From: an uncultured Anaerolineales bacterium
GTDB taxonomy: Bacteria; Chloroflexota; Anaerolineae; Anaerolineales; RBG-16-64-43
DNA length: 64,000 nt
Direction of reading: 5' to 3'
Assembly: GCA_964521085.1 (NCBI GenBank)
Contig: CAZFPL010000002.1
Span: 2,044-66,043, forward strand
The translations under genes and the position numbers were made by a program. Positions 9,046 to 16,840 of this stretch are shown here, piece after piece (the stretch's first letter is position 1; every line of letters starts with the position of its first letter). Below the pieces are notes generated by a model. The model ran no database searches. It was not told where the DNA came from and worked only from the letters and a program-made list of their open reading frames with translations.

Positions 9046-10008
9046 TTACACCGCCTCAATCGTCGACGGCGGCTTCGGGGCGATGTTGTAGGTTACGCTG
9101 ACAATCCCGGGGACTTCCTTCAGAATTGCCTGCGCCAGTTTTTCCAGCGTCTCCATGGGAAGCTTGGTGGGCGTCGCGACGCGCGCATCCAGGCTGTCCC
9201 AGCAGCGGATTTCGATCTGCTGGCCGAAATCGCGCTTCCCTTTCCGCATCCCGGTGACCCGGTCTTCGTGCAGGATCGCCAGATACTGGAACGCGCCGCA
9301 CCCCTTGAGCATCCGCTCGACCACGTCGGTGGCCTTTCGCACGGTCTCGATCCGCTCCGGCGTGGCTTCGCCGATCACCCGCGCGGAGAGAGCCGGGCCC
9401 GGGAAGGGCATGCGCTCAAAGGTCTCGGCCGGAAGGCCCAGCCCGCGGCCGACCTTGCGCACGCCGTCCTTGCGGAGCTGGATCAGCGGCTCGAGGATCC
9501 GGTATCCGAACGCTTTCTGCGGGTCGATTCCCATCTGTTCGAAGACGTTGTGCTGGCGCTTGATCCCAGCTACGGTCTCCTCTACGTCGGTCAGGATCGT
9601 CCCCTGCAGGAGGAATTTGGCGCCGCTGGATTGCACGATCTTCCCGAATATATTCTTATAAAACGTTTGCGTGATCGCCTCGCGCTTCTGCTCCGGATCG
9701 GTGATGCCTTTCAGCGCGGCGAAGAATTCCTTCCGCGCGTCGACCACCTCGACCTTGACGCCAAGCTTCTTGAAGAGTGCGACGACCCGTTGCGGCTCAC
9801 CCTCGCGCATCAGGCCGTTTTGAATGAAAACGGTCTTCAATTGCTTTCCCAGGGCCCTGTGCCCAAGCATCGTCACGGTTGATGAGTCGACGCCCCCCGA
9901 AAGGGCGTTGATCGCCGTCCCGGCGCCGACGGCGGCTTTGATCTCGGCGACCTTTTCCTCGATGAATTGCTGCTCGTTCAGTTTTGCGGCGGTTATTTCC
10001 TTGATCAT
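9046..10008 (-). CDS. guaA: GMP synthase, stand-alone ATP-pyrophosphatase subunit (GuaA C-terminal half; no GATase domain)
   Basis: 320 aa. PP-loop NALSGGVDSS near the N-terminus, ...GTILTDVEE..., and a C-terminal dimerisation region ending PKPPSTIEAV (canonical KPPxTIEWE-type end). No glutamine amidotransferase domain is fused or adjacent. Confidence 0.8.
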   Translation of the reverse strand: MIKEITAAKLNEQQFIEEKVAEIKAAVGAGTAINALSGGVDSSTVTMLGHRALGKQLKTVFIQNGLMREGEPQRVVALFKKLGVKVEVVDARKEFFAALKGITDPEQKREAITQTFYKNIFGKIVQSSGAKFLLQGTILTDVEETVAGIKRQHNVFEQMGIDPQKAFGYRILEPLIQLRKDGVRKVGRGLGLPAETFERMPFPGPALSARVIGEATPERIETVRKATDVVERMLKGCGAFQYLAILHEDRVTGMRKGKRDFGQQIEIRCWDSLDARVATPTKLPMETLEKLAQAILKEVPGIVSVTYNIAPKPPSTIEAV

Positions 10009-10190
10009 CGATCCTCCTGCGAAGTAAAGGATTTAAGAAACTCAAAACCTTTTCACCGCAAAGCCTGCCCCGGTTGGGGTAGGCCGGGGACGCCAAGGGC
10101 GCAAAGTTTTTTACTACTTGGCGTTCTTTGCGCCTTTGCGGTTAAGGATTTTTAAAGTACATTTAAAAAACTTCTTCGGGCGTCAAACTC

Positions 10191-11207
10191 TCACCCCGGA
10201 TACGCCCTACTGAATGCTTCCAGGATTTTATCCCATTTAAGGTTCGCGTCCTCATCGATCGTGCGGCGTCCTTCCTCCGCCTCAAACCAGGCGATGGCGC
10301 GGCGGACTCCCTCCGCCCAGGGGACCGCGGGGGAAAATTCCGGCACGAAGGATTTGATTTTGCTGTTGTCGAATACCGCGCTGTTGGATTTATCCCCGAG
10401 CAAGGTTCCCTCCAAGTCCGGATCATGCGCCACAATCAGATCGGATGGAACGTGCACGATCCTAGGCTCCACACCGGCCGCCCTGCCCGCTTCCAGATAG
10501 ATCTGATTCCACGTCAACACTTCATCCGAAGTGATGTGGAATGCCTGCCCAACGGCCTTCTCCATTCCCATCAATCCGCAGAACCCGACGGCGAAATCCC
10601 CGTTCCAGGTCAGCACCCACAACGAGGTCCCGTCACCCGGGACGATGACCGGTTTGCCGCATTTCATGCGGTCGATCATCGTGTACGGGTGCTGCCAGGA
10701 ACCGACGCAGAGCGGGATTTGTGAGGGGCCGTATGTGAGAGAGGGGCGAATGATCGTTACCGGGAATTTCCGCTCCCGGTAGGCAGCCATCAACCGCGCC
10801 TCGCAGGCGATCTTGTTGCGCGAATATTCCCAAAAAGGATTTTCCAGCGGCGTTTCTTCGGTGATCCGGTAATGACCGGGCGGTTTTTGATAGGCGCTGG
10901 CGGAACTGATGAACATAAACTGCTTCGTCCGTCCGCTGAACAAAGCGATGTCCCGTTCGATGTCCGCCGGAAGATACGCGATCCAATCCACAACCACGTC
11001 GAATTCGCGGTTACACAGCCGGGATCGGATGGCGTCCATATCCCCGTGGACATCGCCGGTAAGCAGCTCCGCGCCGGCGGGGACAGGATATTTTTTCGAT
11101 TGGCCCCGGTTAAGAAGAACCAGGTCCCATCCGCCCGCGATCGCCCGCTCTGCGCAGGCCGAGCTGATGAGACCGGTTCCGCCGATGAATAAAGCCTTCA
11201 TAGACAA
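10191..11207 (-). CDS. NAD-dependent epimerase/dehydratase family protein (extended SDR)
   Basis: 338 aa. GGTGLISS glycine-rich NAD motif at the N-terminus and catalytic YSRNK (YxxxK). Confidence 0.7.
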   Translation of the reverse strand: MSMKALFIGGTGLISSACAERAIAGGWDLVLLNRGQSKKYPVPAGAELLTGDVHGDMDAIRSRLCNREFDVVVDWIAYLPADIERDIALFSGRTKQFMFISSASAYQKPPGHYRITEETPLENPFWEYSRNKIACEARLMAAYRERKFPVTIIRPSLTYGPSQIPLCVGSWQHPYTMIDRMKCGKPVIVPGDGTSLWVLTWNGDFAVGFCGLMGMEKAVGQAFHITSDEVLTWNQIYLEAGRAAGVEPRIVHVPSDLIVAHDPDLEGTLLGDKSNSAVFDNSKIKSFVPEFSPAVPWAEGVRRAIAWFEAEEGRRTIDEDANLKWDKILEAFSRAYPG

Positions 11208-11358
11208 ATGGTATCCGCCTGGTTAACCATCCACCCCGGCGGAAACTTTTCCTCGCGAAGCATGGTAGATCCCGTTCTTGGTTTTTCGGGATCAAACATG
11301 AACGCGCAGCGGGGACCGGGGTAGGATAATCGCCGATTTTGCGGATCCGTCGGACGAA

Positions 11359-11631
11359 TTATTTCCTGGACTTCCGGACAAGGAATACGATGACCGGGAT
11401 GAACAGCGGAATGATCGCCGCGCCGATGCAGACCAAGCCGAACATCGGATCCAAGGCTCCACCTGCATCTTCGCCGAGAATTGCGCCAAGCGATCCCGAC
11501 AGGATTGTGCCGCCGGAGCAGCAGCAGCACAGGGATAGGATGACGGCCGCGATCACGGCAATGATCATGGGAGCGGAGCTTTTCTTTCCGGTTGGGGGGG
11601 ATACAGGCGGTGTAGTGATTGTCGGTTGCAT
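11359..11631 (-). CDS. Small two-TM membrane protein with CCCC motif (hypothetical)
   Basis: ORF track gives 11359..11700. ATG 11631 is preceded by AAGGAGAG. The protein has a Pro/Thr-rich N-terminus, TM1 MIIAVIAAVILSLCCCCSGG, TM2 GLVCIGAAIIPLFIPVIVFLV and a basic tail RKSRK. Confidence 0.45.
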   Translation of the reverse strand: MQPTITTPPVSPPTGKKSSAPMIIAVIAAVILSLCCCCSGGTILSGSLGAILGEDAGGALDPMFGLVCIGAAIIPLFIPVIVFLVRKSRK

Positions 11632-11818
11632 GCTTCTCTCCTTTTTGATGTCGGTTGGATATTCCGGCGATCCGGGATGAAGCTGTTTACCTTGAGGCAA
11701 ATGGAATTATACCCGGTTTCACTTCCCGCTTTCATCACCCCCCTGCAACCGAATACGGCACGCGGCAGCGAACCTTGAACGGCCGGGGTGGCCTTCCGCG
11801 CCATCCATCCGATGAGAA

Positions 11819-13081
11819 TTACCCGCCTCCCGGCTCGAGGATGAACACCTCGCCGCCTTTGTAATCCAGGACGTATAGTTCGCCGTTCTCATCCTCTCCG
11901 AACGAGCTGATGGACATATGCATCTCGAACCACTCCGCCATCCGCCATCCATCCGGGAAGCGGCGCAAGACCCAGGCCGCGCCGGTGCAGTAATCTCCAA
12001 ACAGATACGTCCCTTGCAGCGCCGGGTTCTTCGAGCCGCGATATACGTAGCCGCCGGTAACCGAGCAGTTACCGCCGGTGTGTGGATATTCCGCAACGGG
12101 CAGGATCAGACCGCCGGTATCGCCGCCCTGGTAGGTATGCAGCCCTTCCATGATGTTCCATCCGTAATTTTGCCCGCCGGGTGATCCGGCCGGTTGAAAA
12201 TCGATCTCTTCATATTCGTCCTGGCCCACATCGCCGATGTAAAGGTCGCCCGTCGCATGGTCGAAAGAGAAGCGCCACGGGTTACGCAAACCATAGGCCC
12301 ATATTTCCGGCCGTGCATCCGGGCGTCCGACGAATGGATTATCCGGCGGGATGGCGTAGGGCTCCGTTCCAACATCGATACGGAGCAATTTTCCGAGCAG
12401 CATATCGAGCCGCTGTCCGTTGCCCAGCGGATCCCCCGCCGAACCGCCGTCGCCCAATCCGATGTAGAGGAATCCGTCCGGGCCGAAGAGGAGGTCGCCG
12501 CCGTTGTGGTTGGGATACGGTTGGTTTACGCGCAGGATCGCCGTCTCGCTCGCCGGATCGGCCCGATCCGGATCGGCGGAGGAAACGAGGTAGCGGGCGA
12601 CGACCGTGTTGCCGTCAAGATCGATGTAATTGACATAGAACCGCCCGTTGGTTCGGTACTCAGGATCGAACGCCAGGCCGAGCAAACCCTGCTCGCTGCC
12701 CGAACTTTTTATTCGATCCTGAATATCCAGAAACGGATTTTCCATCAGAACGCCGTCCTTGAATAACCGGATCGCTCCAATCTTTTCCACGAGGAACAAA
12801 CGCCCCGATCCATCGCCGGCGTGCGTGAGGTATACCGGCTTGTTCAGGCCGGTTGCGATCCGGCGCAGATAGGCCGGCGGAGGAGGAAACCCGGTCGGGA
12901 TGAATTCAATGGTAGGGGTCAAAACCGCCGTATCCGATGGCGAAGGTTCGCCGGTCCGGATCGGAGATGAAGTGTAGGAAGATACGGCCAGGGATGGGGT
13001 GGGAGTTGTTGCGGTCGAAGGGTTGGGCGTACAGGCGAAAAGAAAAAGAGAAACGCACCAACAGAAGAAAATCCGATTCAT
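11819..13081 (-). CDS. PQQ-dependent sugar dehydrogenase (soluble glucose/sorbosone dehydrogenase family), probable lipoprotein
   Basis: 420 aa. Signal peptide with LFAC lipobox and a Thr/Pro linker. Beta-propeller motifs HNGGDLLFGPDG, GLRNPWRFSFD, GDVGQD..EEI and YGWN are present. Confidence 0.8.
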   Translation of the reverse strand: MNRIFFCWCVSLFLFACTPNPSTATTPTPSLAVSSYTSSPIRTGEPSPSDTAVLTPTIEFIPTGFPPPPAYLRRIATGLNKPVYLTHAGDGSGRLFLVEKIGAIRLFKDGVLMENPFLDIQDRIKSSGSEQGLLGLAFDPEYRTNGRFYVNYIDLDGNTVVARYLVSSADPDRADPASETAILRVNQPYPNHNGGDLLFGPDGFLYIGLGDGGSAGDPLGNGQRLDMLLGKLLRIDVGTEPYAIPPDNPFVGRPDARPEIWAYGLRNPWRFSFDHATGDLYIGDVGQDEYEEIDFQPAGSPGGQNYGWNIMEGLHTYQGGDTGGLILPVAEYPHTGGNCSVTGGYVYRGSKNPALQGTYLFGDYCTGAAWVLRRFPDGWRMAEWFEMHMSISSFGEDENGELYVLDYKGGEVFILEPGGG

Positions 13082-13093
13082 GGGGTCCTCCGA

Positions 13094-15454
13094 TTATCCG
13101 TTCCCAGGCTCATCCTCACCGTAATCGATCACTCCCCGCGGCTGGGAGCCATGGGTCGGCGGGCCGATGATCCCGCGTTCCTCGAGCATGTCCATCAGGC
13201 GCGCGGCGCGCGTGTAGCCGATGCGGAAGTGGCGCTGGAGGCGCGTGGTCGAGGCTTTGCGCCACTGGCGCACGGCGCGAATGGCGTCCTCGAGCAGCTT
13301 GTCGTCGCCCTCCTCGCCGGCCTCCTCCCCGAACATCGGTATTTGCTGCGCGGGAAAATCCGTGTCGTAGGCCTGCGCCTCGTGCGCGCCTTCCCCGCCC
13401 GCATCTTGTTCGCCGCGGGTAACAGGAACGCTCGGCTGGCGCGACACGTAGGCCTGGCGCCAATACTGGACCAGCCGCACGAGTTCCGGTTCCGAAACGT
13501 AAGCGCCTTGCAGCCGGACCAAGCTCGGCGAATCCGGCGATTGGAACAGCATGTCGCCGCGTCCGAGCAGTTTCTCCGCGCCCGGCTGATCGAGAATCAC
13601 CCGGCTGTCGATCTGCGAGGCCACGGCGAATGCGATCCGCGCCGGGATATTGGCTTTGATCAGCCCGGTGAGCACGTCGACCGACGGCCGCTGGGTGGCG
13701 ATGACCATGTGGATCCCCGTCGCGCGCGAGAGCTGCCCGATGCGGGTGAGGATGCGCTCGACTTCGTCCGGCGCCATCAGCATCAGGTCCGCCAGTTCGT
13801 CGATGACCACGACCCACACCGGAAGCGGCTTCTCCATGCGCTCCGCCGCGCCGCGATTATATTCCTCGAGGTTGCGCGCCCCCGCATTGTGGAACTTCCG
13901 GTAACGCTCGTCCATTTCGCGCGTCACCCATTGCAACGCGCCCACCACCCGGTCCAGCTCGACCACCACCGGCGCCAGCAGATGCGGCACGCCGTTATAG
14001 GAAGTCAATTCCACCCGCTTCGGGTCGACCAGCAGGAGGCGCAGATCATCCGGCGAATTGTTCAGGAGGTAACAGGCGAGGATGGAATTGACGCACACCG
14101 ATTTGCCCGAGCCGGTTGTGCCGGCAATCAGCAGGTGCGGCATCTTTTCCAGGTCGGCCACCGCCGGCCGGCCGGAGACGTCTTTGCCAAGCGCGATCCG
14201 CAGCGGGGTTTTCTTTTCACGGAACGCTTCCGACTCTACAATATCGCGCAAGCCGACCAGCGAGATTTCGGCGTTGGGGACTTCGATGCCGACAAATCCC
14301 TTCCCCGGCACGGGCGCCTGGATGCGGATGGAAGGCGCAGCCAAAGCCAGGGCAATGTCGTCCGAAAGCGCGGTGATCTTGCTGACCTTGATCCGGGTCG
14401 TTTTTCCGCCGCGCGTATCGGCGAACCCCGGCTCGACTCCGAACTGCGTGATCGTCGGCCCGCGGTTGATCTCCACCACCTTGGCCGGCGCTCCGAAACT
14501 CGCCAGCGTATCCTCGATGATCTTGGCCCGCTGCCGCTCGATATTTTCGTCGGAGGTGGCTTCGATCCCCGGGTTGAGGATTTGCTCGATGACGGGAAGC
14601 TCCCATGGCGGCGGAGGCTCGGGGATGCCGATCGTGATCACCGGCTCCTCTGCTTCCCGGGCGGATCCTTGCTGTACGGATGGGACGGATTCTTTTTCCG
14701 CAGGGACGACTGCGGGTGACGCTCCTGCCGGCTGCGAAGCCGCCGCGGAAGCGGCGCCTGCGGCTTGAGAATCCCAGGTTCGAACCGGGGATGAACGGAA
14801 TGCCGGAGCGGCCGGTTTCGGCCGCGAACGCAGGCGAAGGAGAAGAGCGTTCCATTTATCCCGCAGGAAATTTCCCATCCGCTGGAAAAGCGGGGCTAGA
14901 AAATGGAAGATTTCCGGGATGGAGATGCGGAAGGTCAGCAGGATTCCCACGAGCAGCCACGCCGCGAGCGCGAGGACGGTTCCGATGTAGTCGATGAGCG
15001 AGAGGAACACGTGCAGAAGCAGCGCGCCCGTGTACCCGCCGCCGTTTCCATCCCACGCGGTTTGGAAAATCGTATCGCGGGTGGGATACGTAAGCAGGTG
15101 CGCGAGCATCAGCAATCCAAGGAACAGCAGGACGATGCCCGCGATCCGGTCCGGCGCGGGGACGGGCAGCGCCGAACGGAACCGGCGCAGGATGAGATAC
15201 ACGCCCGGGACGGCGATGATCAACGGTAAAACGAAGGCGCCGATGCCGAACAGGCGCCGCAGGAGGAGAACCCACAACGCGGGAATTGTCTCCGGTTCCG
15301 ATACAAAAAAGAAGATGATCGTCAGAAGGGCCAGCCCTACCAGGCAGACGCCGAGGATGTCGAGCCGGTTTTCCGGCGAAACGAGCGGTGCGGAAGCGGG
15401 CGTTGAGGATCGAGTGACTTTTTTGCCAGGGATGCGCTTTAAGGGAGACGGCAC
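13094..15454 (-). CDS. ftsK: DNA translocase FtsK/SpoIIIE
   Basis: 786 aa. N-terminal TM helices and a Pro/Ala linker. Walker A IAGTTGSGKSV, Walker B VVVIDELADLM, ATQRPSVDV, and a C-terminal winged-helix gamma domain (LQRHFRIGYTRAARLMDMLEERGIIGP). Confidence 0.93.
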   Translation of the reverse strand: MPSPLKRIPGKKVTRSSTPASAPLVSPENRLDILGVCLVGLALLTIIFFFVSEPETIPALWVLLLRRLFGIGAFVLPLIIAVPGVYLILRRFRSALPVPAPDRIAGIVLLFLGLLMLAHLLTYPTRDTIFQTAWDGNGGGYTGALLLHVFLSLIDYIGTVLALAAWLLVGILLTFRISIPEIFHFLAPLFQRMGNFLRDKWNALLLRLRSRPKPAAPAFRSSPVRTWDSQAAGAASAAASQPAGASPAVVPAEKESVPSVQQGSAREAEEPVITIGIPEPPPPWELPVIEQILNPGIEATSDENIERQRAKIIEDTLASFGAPAKVVEINRGPTITQFGVEPGFADTRGGKTTRIKVSKITALSDDIALALAAPSIRIQAPVPGKGFVGIEVPNAEISLVGLRDIVESEAFREKKTPLRIALGKDVSGRPAVADLEKMPHLLIAGTTGSGKSVCVNSILACYLLNNSPDDLRLLLVDPKRVELTSYNGVPHLLAPVVVELDRVVGALQWVTREMDERYRKFHNAGARNLEEYNRGAAERMEKPLPVWVVVIDELADLMLMAPDEVERILTRIGQLSRATGIHMVIATQRPSVDVLTGLIKANIPARIAFAVASQIDSRVILDQPGAEKLLGRGDMLFQSPDSPSLVRLQGAYVSEPELVRLVQYWRQAYVSRQPSVPVTRGEQDAGGEGAHEAQAYDTDFPAQQIPMFGEEAGEEGDDKLLEDAIRAVRQWRKASTTRLQRHFRIGYTRAARLMDMLEERGIIGPPTHGSQPRGVIDYGEDEPGNG

Positions 15455-15540
15455 AGGATCACCTTCGGGAGAATCCTACATGCGATGGATCATGATCGGA
15501 TTTCCTGAGCGGTTGGAGGTTTTCCCCTTACCCGCTTAAC

Positions 15541-15617
15541 TCCCCCTCATCCCATCCTTCTCCCAGCATATGCTGGGAGAAGGTGTCCGAAGGCCGGATG
15601 AGGGGGGAAATTTTTTT
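15541..15617. repeat. Nested perfect palindrome (28-bp core inside 12-bp outer arms) followed by a T7 run on the + strand
   Basis: Core CCTTCTCCCAGCAT|ATGCTGGGAGAAGG at 15556-15583. The outer arm TCCCCCTCATCC (15541-15552) pairs with GGATGAGGGGGG (15597-15608). AAATTTTTTT follows at 15608-15617. Confidence 0.8.
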
Positions 15618-15639
15618 CTTGCGATTTGTCTCGATTATA

Positions 15640-16620
15640 TCAACGGTCGCCGTATCCCCGCGGATGGGTACGATGCCATTCCCATGCGCTCCCGACGATG
15701 TCGCGCAGCTCCGGGACGTGCGGAAGCCAGCCCAGCTCGCGTCGGATCTTTTCCGAGGAGGCAACCAGGCGCGCCGCATCGCCCGGCCGGCGCGGAGTCG
15801 TCTCGGCGGGGATCGGGTGGCCGGTGATTTCGCGGGCGATCTCGATCACCTGCTTGACCGAATATCCCGCCCCGTTGCCGAGGTTGTACACCAGGCGCGG
15901 ACGATCCCTGAGCGCGTCGAGCGCCAGAAGGTGCGCCGAGAGCAGGTCGGCGATGTGGATGTAATCGCGGATCGCGCTTCCGTCGGGGGTGGGGTAATCA
16001 TCCCCGAATATCTTCACCGCGGGCAGAAGCCCGAGCGGGACGCGCAGCACAAGCGGGATGAGGTGGCTTTCACCCGGATGATCCTCGCCGCGGCCGGGCA
16101 GCGCGCCCGAGGCATTGAAGTAGCGAAGCGAGGCGTAGCGCAATCCGTGGACGAGGTGGTACCACTCCAGAGTCTGCTCGACCATCAATTTCGTCTGCCC
16201 GTAGACGTTGCTCGGCTGGATGGGGGAATCTTCCAAAAGCGGCCCGTCGCTCGAGGCGTATACCGCCGCGGTGGAGGAGAACACGAACCGCCCGATCCCG
16301 GCGCGATGGATTTCCTCCAGGAGCGCGATCGAACAGGAGACGTTGTTCTGCAAGTACTTTCCCGGGTCGCGCATCGATTCGCCGGCCTCGATGAAGGCCG
16401 CGAAGTGCATCACCGCGTCGAATTTTCCTTCCAAGAGGGCGCCGCGCAGGGTTTCGCGGTCGCACAGATTGGCCTGTATGAACCGCGCCTCCGCCGGAAC
16501 CGCCGCGCGGTGGCCGGTGAGAAGCGCGTCGAGCACCGTCACGTTGTGCCCCGCTTCGAGCAGCATCTGCGCACAGCCCGCCCCGATGTATCCGGCTCCG
16601 CCGGTGACCAGAATGTTCAT
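15640..16620 (-). CDS. galE: UDP-glucose 4-epimerase
   Basis: 326 aa. ILVTGGAGYIGA, YGQTK (YxxxK), FNASGA and DGSAIRDYIHIADL are typical GalE blocks. Confidence 0.85.
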   Translation of the reverse strand: MNILVTGGAGYIGAGCAQMLLEAGHNVTVLDALLTGHRAAVPAEARFIQANLCDRETLRGALLEGKFDAVMHFAAFIEAGESMRDPGKYLQNNVSCSIALLEEIHRAGIGRFVFSSTAAVYASSDGPLLEDSPIQPSNVYGQTKLMVEQTLEWYHLVHGLRYASLRYFNASGALPGRGEDHPGESHLIPLVLRVPLGLLPAVKIFGDDYPTPDGSAIRDYIHIADLLSAHLLALDALRDRPRLVYNLGNGAGYSVKQVIEIAREITGHPIPAETTPRRPGDAARLVASSEKIRRELGWLPHVPELRDIVGSAWEWHRTHPRGYGDR

Positions 16621-16640
16621 CCAGGACCTCCGCCCAAAGG

Positions 16641-16830
16641 TGTCATTCCGAGCCCCGTCCAGAGGAAAGGGCGGGGAATCGGCGATGTGTTTCCGAATGT
16701 GTCATTCCGAGGGGTCTTCAGACCCCGAGGAATCGGCTTGGTATTAAATTAATCGACCCAACCATATCCAACAATTGATTCTAATCCATTCGCCACCGAT
16801 CCCTCGGGCTTCCAGCCCTCGGGATGACAT
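16641..16830. repeat. Three copies of a GC-rich palindromic intergenic repeat (REP/MITE-like)
   Basis: Copies at 16641-16682 and 16700-16736 (TGTCATTCCGAG[G]...stem-loop...GGAATCGG), and an inverted copy at 16796-16830 (CCGATCCCTCGGG...CCCTCGGGATGACAT). They lie between the pcrA stop and the galE start. Confidence 0.85.
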
Positions 16831-16840
16831 CCTCCGTCCG

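Noticed and set aside
14775-14790. A GGTTCGAACC T-loop-like motif suggesting a tRNA.
   Set aside because: It lies inside the ftsK coding frame. No acceptor, D or anticodon stems can be built around it.
15541-15617. The nested hairpin as the ftsK/galE intergenic terminator.
   Set aside because: The U-run is on the + strand transcript only, and both neighbouring genes are on the minus strand. It is therefore kept as a repeat or finding rather than called as their terminator.
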